Source of the DNA: a virus
Taxonomy: Duplodnaviria; Caudoviricetes
Direction: 5' to 3' (one strand)
IMG/VR virus record: IMGVR_UViG_3300005077_000023
Span: 1 to 55,782 of that record
DNA length: 55,782 nucleotides
In this document: one piece after another, positions 46,859 to 55,782 of the stretch
Layout of the letters: each line of letters begins with the position of its first letter
Position numbering within the stretch: the first letter of the stretch is position 1
Position numbers and translations under genes: made by a program
Notes under the pieces: model-generated
Database searches by the model: none
Told to the model about the DNA's origin: nothing
The model's input: only the letters and a program-made list of their open reading frames with translations

Positions 46859-47767
46859 ATGGTATATAAAGGAATAGATCAAAAAGATATATCATATAGA
46901 GAATTTTTTGTTTACAAAGAATTTATTCTTACTGAAAATGACGATTCATTAAAAATAAGAAGAGCTATCCAAAATACGGGAAGTTATTTTTATACTTGGA
47001 ATGAAACAACTGGTTCAGATAGTTCTGGAATATTTTTAAGAACTTTACATGATTCTATACGTCATTTATATTATCATGAAGATAAATATATAGAATATAG
47101 TGGTTCATATGGATATTTACCAGCAAGTCATAGTTATAATACTATAAAATCAACTACATTTTACGATCCATATCATAATTTTGGATGTAATACTCATAAT
47201 ATACATAAAAATCTTAATAATTATGCAGTTGTAATATCCATACCACAAGAATTATATGGAAATTCAATAAAGCCAAAAAGTATTCATTTAGAGGATGTTA
47301 CTTTAGGATATACATTAAAAGATGATGGATTTGGAAATTTATATAATAATGCAGAATCATCAAGTTTTTCATTGTCAAAAAAAGCTTATACTCGTGGTAA
47401 TGTTTTTTATGAACATGGAAATGTTATAATAACAGCAACAGGATCAGATTATAAATCATTTGGTACAGGTTCAAATAATATCATAGTTAAATTTAAATCA
47501 ACATTAAAAATATATGAAATAGAAACATATTGTACAGTTAAGGCTGGAGAATTTAATTTTTCAATGAATCCATCAGCAAGAATAAGTAGATCATTATATA
47601 TTTCAGAACCATTACCTTTCGTTACATCATCAAATTTTTCTACTTATATAACAGGTATTGGATTATATGATAATCAAGGAAATCTTCTTATATATGGAAA
47701 ACCATCTCAACCAATAAAAAATGATCCAGATTTAGATATAACATTTTGTCTTAGAGTTGATTTCTAA
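46859..47767 (+). CDS. Putative virion structural protein
   Basis: DDGFGNL, GNVFYEHG, EFNFSMNP, YITGIGLYD..GNLL.YGKPSQP. Confidence 0.6.
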   Translation: MVYKGIDQKDISYREFFVYKEFILTENDDSLKIRRAIQNTGSYFYTWNETTGSDSSGIFLRTLHDSIRHLYYHEDKYIEYSGSYGYLPASHSYNTIKSTTFYDPYHNFGCNTHNIHKNLNNYAVVISIPQELYGNSIKPKSIHLEDVTLGYTLKDDGFGNLYNNAESSSFSLSKKAYTRGNVFYEHGNVIITATGSDYKSFGTGSNNIIVKFKSTLKIYEIETYCTVKAGEFNFSMNPSARISRSLYISEPLPFVTSSNFSTYITGIGLYDNQGNLLIYGKPSQPIKNDPDLDITFCLRVDF

Positions 47768-47800
47768 TTATTGGCACATTTATAAAAAATATGCCAATAA
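47768..47800. terminator. Hairpin between convergent genes
   Basis: TTATTGGCA-N15-TGCCAATAA. Confidence 0.55.
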
Positions 47801-47804
47801 TTGG

Positions 47805-50800
47805 TTATTCTTCTTCATTATTATTTAATACACTATATCCATTATTATCCATATTAATTTCAATATATTTATCAACATAATCTTTTATATAATCTAAATG
47901 AGATATTATAATAATAAAATCAAATTGATTTTTTAAATATACAAATAAATTATGTAAATTATTAGAATTTTCAGAATCTAATACTCCAAATCCTTCATCT
48001 ATAATCATAAAATTTGGATGTGGTAAACTTGATACACCAATTAAAGCAACACGAGTTGCAATAGTAATAATAAATCTTTCCCATCCACTACTTAATTCTA
48101 TTGGCCACATATTATCGTCATCATATTGTATTTTTGGATAAATATCTTTTTCAATTTCATCCATATATAAAATAATTTTAAAATTTGAAACTTGAGATAA
48201 AATATTATTTATTTCATTCTGAACTTTAGGCATTATATTAGATAATAATTGAAATGGTATTCCATCTTTTTCTACACATTCTATATAATATTTATAACAA
48301 TCAACTTCTTTTTCTAATTCTAATTTTAAATTTATATCTAACTGTATTTGATTTTTTTTTGCATCTAATATAGATATAGATTTATGAATATTAATTATTT
48401 TATTTTCTAAATTATTTATAGCATTATCAACTATATTTAATTTAGATTTCCATTCATTAATTTTATTATTTATATCTATATTAAATTTTATACTATTTTC
48501 ATTTTTATAATATAATTCTATATTTTTATTTATTGTTTCATAAGAATTTTCATTTAAAATTAATTGTTTTTCTTTATTAGATTTAAGATTTTCATTTTTC
48601 ATTATTTCAACGGCAATAGATTGTAATTTTGCTTTATATGATTGAACATCCTTATATTGTTCTAATTTATTAGTAGAAGATAATAAAAATTCATTAATTT
48701 TATCAATAAATCTTTCAGATTGTTCAAGTTGTTTTTCTAAAGCAGTTATATCCGTAAATTGTGTTGATATTAAACTTTTGTTTTTTTCACATGAAGGACA
48801 ATTTTTATTAAATTCAAATTTAGATATTTCTTTTTGTTTAGATTCTAATATTAATGATATATTATTTTTATATGTATTGATCATACCTTCATATTTTATT
48901 TTTTCCATTTGTTTTGTTAAAACCATTTTATTAAATTCTTCTAATTCTTTTTCATTATAATTATTTAATAATACTTGTGTTAAATTTTGATTATTATTTA
49001 AATCAATTATAACACTATTTATTTGAGTAAGTTCATCTTTCAATAATTTTATAGAAGATTCCATATTTTTTTTATTTAAATTTAATTCATCAATATTACA
49101 ATTTAAATTGTCTAATTTTATTAATTGAGAAGTATATTTATTTATTTCTTCATTAATTCTATTTCTTAATATTTTTTGTTGTATTTGTGTATTATTTGAT
49201 TTATCTAATTCTTCTGTATTATTTTGTATTTCAATATTAATATTTGACAATTCATTTACAAAATCTCTTTTATCCAATTCTTTTAATTTCATATTACTTA
49301 TTTTAAATTCATCATTTGCAAATTTATGTAATTGATCATATATTGATAAATCAATAAATTTATTAAATAAAGATTTTCTATCAGATTGTCTCATTGTAAT
49401 AAAATTATTATTTTTATCTCCAGTTATTTGAGAAATTAATGTTGTCATAGAAAAATCATCATAATCTCCAATATAACTTCTTATAATTGAATTAGTAGAA
49501 TCACGTCTTTCTCCATTTAATGATATAATTTCATCAGAATTTGGTTTTTTTACTTCAAAATTAGTATTAACAGTAATACTATCTGATGTTCTATTTGCTA
49601 TTCTATTAATAGAATATACATCTTCATTTATACAAAATTTAAATAATGATTCGAAATAATTCTTTTTATTATTTAATGCTCCAATTGCACGACTTGTTCT
49701 TGGAGATTTATCAAAAATAGAAAATGTTAAGGATTCTAATAAATTAGATTTTCCTTTTGCATTTTTTCCAAATATTCCAATAATTCCTTTAAAATTTTTA
49801 AAATTTATTATATTATTTTCTCCATAAGAAAACATATTAGAAAATTTAAAATATTCAGGCTTCCAAATAATATTTCTAATAATATCTTTTGGTGGAAGTT
49901 TTTTATTAAATTTAGTATTTAAATCATAAATTGTATTTAATATTTCATCAGAAAATTCATATTTATCCAAATATGTTTTAATTAAATTATTTTGAAATGA
50001 TATATTTCTAATATCACCAACATCAATTTTTATTATAGAATTTTCAGTTGATAAATCATCAATAGTATTAACATTAACTTGAGTTATATCAGTAATTTCT
50101 GGTTTAATTTTTTTAATATTGAATATATATTCAGATATTTCATTTATATTTGCATTTTTATCAATTTTTAATTGAATTCGTGCTTTATTAGGTAAATCTA
50201 TAGGATTTATTTGATTAAGATAAGATATTGTAATAAAAGCATAATCATTTTTAATAATATTAAATTTCCATGAATTATCATCGATTTTCCACTTTACATA
50301 TCCATGATCAATATCCTCTAAATAATCTTGTTGAATAAGAGACCCTGCATAAACAATATTACCATTACCTAATTTTTGATGTTTATGGATATCTCCAAGT
50401 ATTACCATATCAAAACCATTAAATAATGAAGTATTAATTTTTTCATTATGAAAAACAAAATTATTATGTCCTATACTATCATTTACTATTCCATGAAATA
50501 AAGCAATTTTCTTTTCATTATTATTACAAATTATTTCATTAGCTAATATATATTTTTCATAATTATCAAATACAGACATATTAGAAAATTTTAAATTACA
50601 AAATGTATAAATAGCAGTTTCTTTTAAATAATATAAATTTTTATTTTGTATATTCTTAACAATTGGAGTTATTACATCTAATCTACTTGCATTTGACTTT
50701 AACATATCATGATTTCCTGCAATAATTATAACAGGAGTTAATTTTAATAAAGAATTTAAAAAATCAAATATTATATCAACTAATTCAGGAGATATTTCTA

Positions 50801-51002
50801 ATTTTTGATGAGCAATATCACCTGCTATAATAGTTATTGCATTATTTGTATCTTTTTTTATTTCATTATATAATTTTTCAAATATATCGATATATTCATT
50901 ATGTCTTTTTATATTTCTTATATGAATATCAGCAATATGATATATTGTATCAACTTTTGTTAAATTTGAATTCAAAACAATATTTTTTATATCATGAATC
51001 AT
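47805..51002 (-). CDS. Fused SbcD/Mre11-like nuclease and SbcC/Rad50-like ATPase
   Basis: N-term ADIH, AGD, GNHD, GDIH; Walker A GKNAKGKS; coiled coil with a CPSC zinc hook; signature SSGWE; Walker B IIDEGFG; ISH. Confidence 0.9.
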   Translation of the reverse strand: MIHDIKNIVLNSNLTKVDTIYHIADIHIRNIKRHNEYIDIFEKLYNEIKKDTNNAITIIAGDIAHQKLEISPELVDIIFDFLNSLLKLTPVIIIAGNHDMLKSNASRLDVITPIVKNIQNKNLYYLKETAIYTFCNLKFSNMSVFDNYEKYILANEIICNNNEKKIALFHGIVNDSIGHNNFVFHNEKINTSLFNGFDMVILGDIHKHQKLGNGNIVYAGSLIQQDYLEDIDHGYVKWKIDDNSWKFNIIKNDYAFITISYLNQINPIDLPNKARIQLKIDKNANINEISEYIFNIKKIKPEITDITQVNVNTIDDLSTENSIIKIDVGDIRNISFQNNLIKTYLDKYEFSDEILNTIYDLNTKFNKKLPPKDIIRNIIWKPEYFKFSNMFSYGENNIINFKNFKGIIGIFGKNAKGKSNLLESLTFSIFDKSPRTSRAIGALNNKKNYFESLFKFCINEDVYSINRIANRTSDSITVNTNFEVKKPNSDEIISLNGERRDSTNSIIRSYIGDYDDFSMTTLISQITGDKNNNFITMRQSDRKSLFNKFIDLSIYDQLHKFANDEFKISNMKLKELDKRDFVNELSNINIEIQNNTEELDKSNNTQIQQKILRNRINEEINKYTSQLIKLDNLNCNIDELNLNKKNMESSIKLLKDELTQINSVIIDLNNNQNLTQVLLNNYNEKELEEFNKMVLTKQMEKIKYEGMINTYKNNISLILESKQKEISKFEFNKNCPSCEKNKSLISTQFTDITALEKQLEQSERFIDKINEFLLSSTNKLEQYKDVQSYKAKLQSIAVEIMKNENLKSNKEKQLILNENSYETINKNIELYYKNENSIKFNIDINNKINEWKSKLNIVDNAINNLENKIINIHKSISILDAKKNQIQLDINLKLELEKEVDCYKYYIECVEKDGIPFQLLSNIMPKVQNEINNILSQVSNFKIILYMDEIEKDIYPKIQYDDDNMWPIELSSGWERFIITIATRVALIGVSSLPHPNFMIIDEGFGVLDSENSNNLHNLFVYLKNQFDFIIIISHLDYIKDYVDKYIEINMDNNGYSVLNNNEEE

Positions 51003-51013
51003 AATTATTTTCC

Positions 51014-51955
51014 TTATATAAATAATTTTTTTATTTTTAATAATTGATTTGTATTTTTAATTTGTACTGAATTATTAATCAATTTCCAATTTTCTTCAAA
51101 TAATAAATCTCCTGCATCCTTTTTTTTATTTGGAATAACTAAATAAACATTATTTCTTTGAGACATTAACATTTTTTCTATTATTTTTATAGCATCATGA
51201 ATTGCATCGTGATCTAAATATATATAAATGTTATTTGATGTATTATTTATTAATTTATCAAATAATATATCTGATAATTTTTTTCCAAGTAATGGAATTG
51301 AATTTAATTTAATAGATACAGAATCAAAAAAACCTTCACATAATATAATATCCATATTAAAATTAATTAAAAATTCATTAAATATTATATTATTACTAAT
51401 TGGAGGTTTTTTATATTTAAAATATGTATTTATAAAACTACGAGCAATAAAATAATTTAATATTCCATCCGTATTATATGATGGAATTATAATACAATCA
51501 CTATATTTTCCATCTATACAATATCCAAGTTGATATTTTTCGATATCATCCATTGTAATATTTCTATTATACAAATAATTTAAAGGAATTGATCGTGATA
51601 TAGAATTACTTTCTGTCCATAATGGAATATATTCATCAGGTAATTTAATTATTTCTATCTGTTTTTCTTGATCTACAGTATCATAATCAATAATTCCTAT
51701 TTCATTGGATATAATTTTATTTAAATCTTTTCTATTCAATTTTTTCATTAAAGAAAATATTGAATTTCCTTTAGTATTATTCGTATTTTGACATACCCAA
51801 CATGCCCATTTTCCAAAATTTTCAGAATTTTGATCAATATTTATTGATAATTTTTTTTTATAATGATGACAAAATGGACAAAAAAATAGATAATCTCCTT
51901 TATTTCCCTGTTTTTGAGATTTTCCTAAAACTGATTCTAATATTTGTAATAACAT
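51014..51955 (-). CDS. DNA primase (zinc finger + TOPRIM)
   Basis: CPFCHH..KL...CWVC; YL.NR; CEGFFD; LDHDA; DAGD. Confidence 0.85.
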   Translation of the reverse strand: MLLQILESVLGKSQKQGNKGDYLFFCPFCHHYKKKLSINIDQNSENFGKWACWVCQNTNNTKGNSIFSLMKKLNRKDLNKIISNEIGIIDYDTVDQEKQIEIIKLPDEYIPLWTESNSISRSIPLNYLYNRNITMDDIEKYQLGYCIDGKYSDCIIIPSYNTDGILNYFIARSFINTYFKYKKPPISNNIIFNEFLINFNMDIILCEGFFDSVSIKLNSIPLLGKKLSDILFDKLINNTSNNIYIYLDHDAIHDAIKIIEKMLMSQRNNVYLVIPNKKKDAGDLLFEENWKLINNSVQIKNTNQLLKIKKLFI

Positions 51956-51957
51956 AT

Positions 51958-52464
51958 TTATCCATTCATTTTCAAATAATGTGCTATTAATATAGCATCT
52001 GCATCTTTTTTAAATTTATGTTCAATCATTGGATATAATCTACTTGCAATATTTACTGCTCCAGATTTTAATTCCTCTTTTTTTAAACCATGAGGTAATA
52101 ATTTTTTTTGCCATTCTTTAGAATCAATATATCTAAATGACATTTTTAATTCTTCTATTAAAATTAATGTTGCTTCTAAACATCGTATTCCAGACATGGT
52201 TGATTTAAATCTTCCAGGATTAACCATTGGTCGTTCTATACCAACAATACAATTATATGGATTTGATTCATTAAATTTAATAATATTATCTTCAAATAAT
52301 AATTTATATTTAGGATAATCTATTCTTGTAATATATTGTTTTGTCTTTGTATATGATAATTCTTTTTTAACTGGTATTTCAAAAATATCATATTTTTGTG
52401 TATCATTTGATGATATATAAGCTATTTTTCCTGTAGTTCCATTATCTATTCCAATAAATATCAT
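51958..52464 (-). CDS. RuvC-like Holliday junction resolvase
   Basis: IGIDNGTTG, IERP, SKEWQK, DADAILIA. Confidence 0.75.
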   Translation of the reverse strand: MIFIGIDNGTTGKIAYISSNDTQKYDIFEIPVKKELSYTKTKQYITRIDYPKYKLLFEDNIIKFNESNPYNCIVGIERPMVNPGRFKSTMSGIRCLEATLILIEELKMSFRYIDSKEWQKKLLPHGLKKEELKSGAVNIASRLYPMIEHKFKKDADAILIAHYLKMNG

Positions 52465-52593
52465 AATACTCCTTTATAAATAGATTTTTTTAATTTAACA
52501 ATGTCAGAAAAACTAAGTTCCATTTTTAATAATTTTTAATAAAAACATATATTTATATTTAATAAACCACATTTAAAAGGAGCATCAATATAA

Positions 52594-55500
52594 ATGAGTA
52601 TTATTAAAAAATCAAATCAATATATGGGATTAAATGTAATTGATGTTTTAATAGAAGATACTGATATAAATTCAAGATATTTTAGAATATTAGATATTCC
52701 AAATACATTTTCATCTGGAAAAACTGCATTTAAAATTAATGGATCAGAATTATTAAAAGTAAATTCTGAAATACGAGTAGAAATATTAAATTCTGAAGGT
52801 AATGTTATTTATTGCGAATATCCTAAATATTTAGAAGGAATTTCCAGAATTATTACTGTATATGTATATCCTGATGAATTATTTGGAGATGCTACTATAA
52901 CTATTATTGGAGAAGCTAAAAATGTTGATCCTGAATGGCAAAATGTTTTTAATGTAAGATGGCAAAAAACAATTAATATTGATCCTTCTTTAAAAAATGA
53001 CAATAAAATTAGATTTTATAAATCTCCTAAATTTGCAGTTCGTGAAATATATGCTCCATATCTAAATAGAACATATATAACAGGTTCTACTCCTGAATAT
53101 GGAATATATAGTGAAGGAAAAATTTCAGGAGAATTTGTTGGTGGAAAATACAATTTAATTTTAAGTAATGGTGGATTTTTTGATAGACGTATGGAAGGAG
53201 GAACTTTATATGTTCCTAATCCTATTCCATATAATACTCCATATGAAACAATTATTGGTGAGATTACAAATTATAATATTGCATCAGCTAAAACACCATT
53301 TACAACTTCAACTGGAAAAAAAGAAAATAGTTATGATGATAAAAGATTTGAAATATTAGATGCTACAAATTTTGATAGAAGTGATTATAATATAACATTT
53401 GCAGTTGAACCTACATATTCATATACTGAAAATTATAAATCATTTGCTAAAATAACTATTGCAGATATTGATACATTGTCTGGAGATATATTCTCTATGA
53501 AATTATATATGAAATCTGTTGGTTCTGATAAAAATTATGAATTAATGGGAGATGTTATATTAGAAGAAAAAGAATTAATGATTGATTCAGCTTCAATTTA
53601 TGTAGATTCAAAATATGGTTATTTTTATTCACAAAATACAATAGATAGCTTTTGGACATCTTCTACATATAATCCACAAAATTCATTAACATCTCCAATA
53701 TTATTACATACAAGTGATGTTATATTAGATTCTTTATTCATATCTGGTACTGCAACAACACGATTAGAAGAAGATCATTATTATATATGTCCTGTTCAAA
53801 GTATTGATTTCTATAAAGATATAGAATATTTATTTTCAGCAAAAATGTATACAAATTTAACAATGATATATGATCCTAATGCAAATGAATATCGTCCAAA
53901 TGAAATTCTTGGAGATGAACTTATTAAATCAACATTATATATTTTTGCATCAGGATCATCTTTTAATTCTACTGCAAATTTACCAACAAGATTTTATCAA
54001 TATGGGAAATTAATTAAAAAACTTGAATATTCAGATTTAATAAATCAAACAGAAAAAAATATTGGTTATATAGAACAAGGATTTATTGCTGATAATGATG
54101 GTGAAGGAAAAATTTATTTTATTATAGAATCTGGAGATTGGTATTTTTCTAATGTATCTGTAAAAGCATCTCAAGAAACTGGATTTTCTCCTGGAGTTGC
54201 TAATTTTGTTATTCCTATTAATGATTGGCAAAGAGATGACAAAATTACATTTAAAGCAGAATTTTTTAATTATAAAGGAGAAAGAGCCGAAACATATATA
54301 ACTTCATCTGAAGAATTTTATTTTAAAGGTAGTAATTTTTATATTTCAGGTGATGATAATTTAATTACAGGATCAGTATATATTGGAAATACTATTGGAT
54401 CAGGTATTGAAATGGCAGGTGTAAATTCAGCATATTTGCGTAATGTTGGATATGATGGATGGAGTTCAGCAAATAACGGAACTGGTATTGGTGGATTTAT
54501 GATATGGTCAGGATCAGTATTACAAAATACTGCTCCTGGAGAATATTCTGGAGTTGGTATTGAACTTCATGGTGGTAGTGGTTCTGCAGTAGTTCCTGGA
54601 AAACCAAATACTACTCATGCATTAAGATTTAGAACAGATACAGGAAAATTAGAAATTACAGGTTCAATTTATGCAACCGATGGATTTTTTAGTGGTACTG
54701 TTGAAGCAAATCAAATAAAAGTTCCTCTTGGTGATGGTGTAACTGATGGTTATGAAGGATATAGAGCAGTAATTGATCAAAATGGATTTGCATTTTTTAT
54801 GTCAGCTTCAATTGCTAAATGGCAAATTACTTCAGATAAATTATTATCTCAAAATAATAATATGATGATAAGTGCAAGTGGAGTAATATCAACTTCAAGA
54901 TTTTATGTAGATGAACTTGGTAATCTAACAGCATCAAATGCACAAATAAGTGGAGCAATTCAAGCTAATTCTGGAAGAATCGGTGGATTTAATATAACTC
55001 AAAATGCTCTTTCTGGAACTGGATTTTATATAAGTGGTGGAGCAACAGGAAATGAATATTTCATTTCAGCATCAGGTTTTAATGTAAAGGCTAATGGAAA
55101 TTTAACAGCATCAAATGCACAAATAAGTGGAGCAATTCAAGCCAATTCTGGAAAAATTGGAGGATTTAATATAACTCAAAACGCTCTTTCTGGAACTGGA
55201 TTTTATATAAGTGGTGGAGCAACAGAAGATCAATATTTCATTTCAGCATCAGGTTTTAATGTAAAAGCTAATGGACAATTAACAGCAAGTAATGCATTAA
55301 TAGAGGGAACTATTAATGCAACCTATGGAGAAATAGGTGGATGGACAATTACAGAAGATGCCATATCATCAGAAAGAATTCAACTTAATTCACAAGAAAA
55401 TTTCATACAAGTAAGTGCTTCAAATAGTAGTTCTGTTGAAATGTTTTATACTGATCTTGATAATTGGGGATTAGTTGGTTCTATAAATAATAGTGAAGTA

Positions 55501-55782
55501 TTTAAAGTTGGTTCTATGAATCATATAGGTGGATGGTATTTTGATAGTACAACATTAACAGGAAGTAATTTAATTTTAAATTCAGATGGAACTATTCAAA
55601 CATCAAATTTTGCAAGCGATGAATTAGGATGGAGAATTACTTCTCAATTAAATGGTTATGCTGAATTTGAAAATGCAAAAATACGTGGTACATTAAAAAC
55701 AACAGTATTTGAAAAAGAATCTGTTAATGCCGTAGGTGGTCAACTTTGGGTAGCAAATTCAACAACAATTAGTGGATCAAGT
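52594..55782 (+). CDS. Large tail/tail-fibre-like protein, partial (runs off the window)
   Basis: AAGGAG RBS, ATG at 52594 (MSIIKKSNQYMGLNV...), open to the window end; Gly/Ser-rich IGGW/IGGF and LTASNA repeats. Confidence 0.7.
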   Translation, partial: MSIIKKSNQYMGLNVIDVLIEDTDINSRYFRILDIPNTFSSGKTAFKINGSELLKVNSEIRVEILNSEGNVIYCEYPKYLEGISRIITVYVYPDELFGDATITIIGEAKNVDPEWQNVFNVRWQKTINIDPSLKNDNKIRFYKSPKFAVREIYAPYLNRTYITGSTPEYGIYSEGKISGEFVGGKYNLILSNGGFFDRRMEGGTLYVPNPIPYNTPYETIIGEITNYNIASAKTPFTTSTGKKENSYDDKRFEILDATNFDRSDYNITFAVEPTYSYTENYKSFAKITIADIDTLSGDIFSMKLYMKSVGSDKNYELMGDVILEEKELMIDSASIYVDSKYGYFYSQNTIDSFWTSSTYNPQNSLTSPILLHTSDVILDSLFISGTATTRLEEDHYYICPVQSIDFYKDIEYLFSAKMYTNLTMIYDPNANEYRPNEILGDELIKSTLYIFASGSSFNSTANLPTRFYQYGKLIKKLEYSDLINQTEKNIGYIEQGFIADNDGEGKIYFIIESGDWYFSNVSVKASQETGFSPGVANFVIPINDWQRDDKITFKAEFFNYKGERAETYITSSEEFYFKGSNFYISGDDNLITGSVYIGNTIGSGIEMAGVNSAYLRNVGYDGWSSANNGTGIGGFMIWSGSVLQNTAPGEYSGVGIELHGGSGSAVVPGKPNTTHALRFRTDTGKLEITGSIYATDGFFSGTVEANQIKVPLGDGVTDGYEGYRAVIDQNGFAFFMSASIAKWQITSDKLLSQNNNMMISASGVISTSRFYVDELGNLTASNAQISGAIQANSGRIGGFNITQNALSGTGFYISGGATGNEYFISASGFNVKANGNLTASNAQISGAIQANSGKIGGFNITQNALSGTGFYISGGATEDQYFISASGFNVKANGQLTASNALIEGTINATYGEIGGWTITEDAISSERIQLNSQENFIQVSASNSSSVEMFYTDLDNWGLVGSINNSEVFKVGSMNHIGGWYFDSTTLTGSNLILNSDGTIQTSNFASDELGWRITSQLNGYAEFENAKIRGTLKTTVFEKESVNAVGGQLWVANSTTISGSS
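54919..55297 (+). repeat. 177-bp (59-aa) in-frame tandem repeat in the tail protein
   Basis: TAACAGCA...AATGCA at 54926, 55103 and 55280; unit LTASNAQISGAIQANSG.IGGFNITQNALSGTGFYISGGAT...YFISASGFNVKANG. Confidence 0.85.

Noticed and set aside
643-54231. Short ORFs nested in or antisense to long genes (e.g. 643-852, 2955-3209, 3040-3270, 5129-5347, 9630-9878, 26105-26419, 31702-32040, 33229-33702, 40441-40929, 43623-43805, 48778-48960, 52809-53003, 53168-53359, 54037-54231)
   Set aside because: They overlap better-supported genes, have biased low-complexity composition and show no recognisable motifs
1-55782. Stop-codon reassignment (code 15 or code 4), as in some large phages
   Set aside because: Long genes are intact in the standard code, TAG and TGA occur as real stops (24094, 29298), and no CUA or UCA suppressor tRNA was found

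Overview
Very AT-rich fragment of a large (jumbo-like) tailed phage genome, read in the standard genetic code. The left part (about 1-31 kb) is an accessory and host-takeover region. It encodes a T4 Rnl1-like RNA ligase, two phosphatases, an HD-GYP phosphodiesterase, glycosyl/heptosyl- and methyltransferases, a PAS protein, Hsp20, an SNF2 helicase, peptide deformylase, an IMPDH/GMP reductase, a sigma-like protein and an HD hydrolase. It also carries 25 tRNA genes (every amino acid except Cys), a tmRNA and a Ro60/TROVE protein. The right part (about 31.6-47.8 kb and 52.6 kb to the end) holds baseplate and tail structural genes, interrupted by a minus-strand block (SbcD-SbcC fusion, primase, RuvC-like resolvase). 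The main finding is six covarying stem-bulge hairpins with a conserved GGGUCG 5' strand, a UUAUC-like loop start and unrelated variable loops. They sit inside the tRNA array a few kb upstream of the Ro60 gene and are a candidate multi-copy phage Y-RNA/Ro60 system. Also notable are a tRNA-Tyr whose D-arm appears relocated into the variable arm and an unassigned ~150-nt rod-shaped RNA. All calls come from reading the sequence by eye; no database searches were run.
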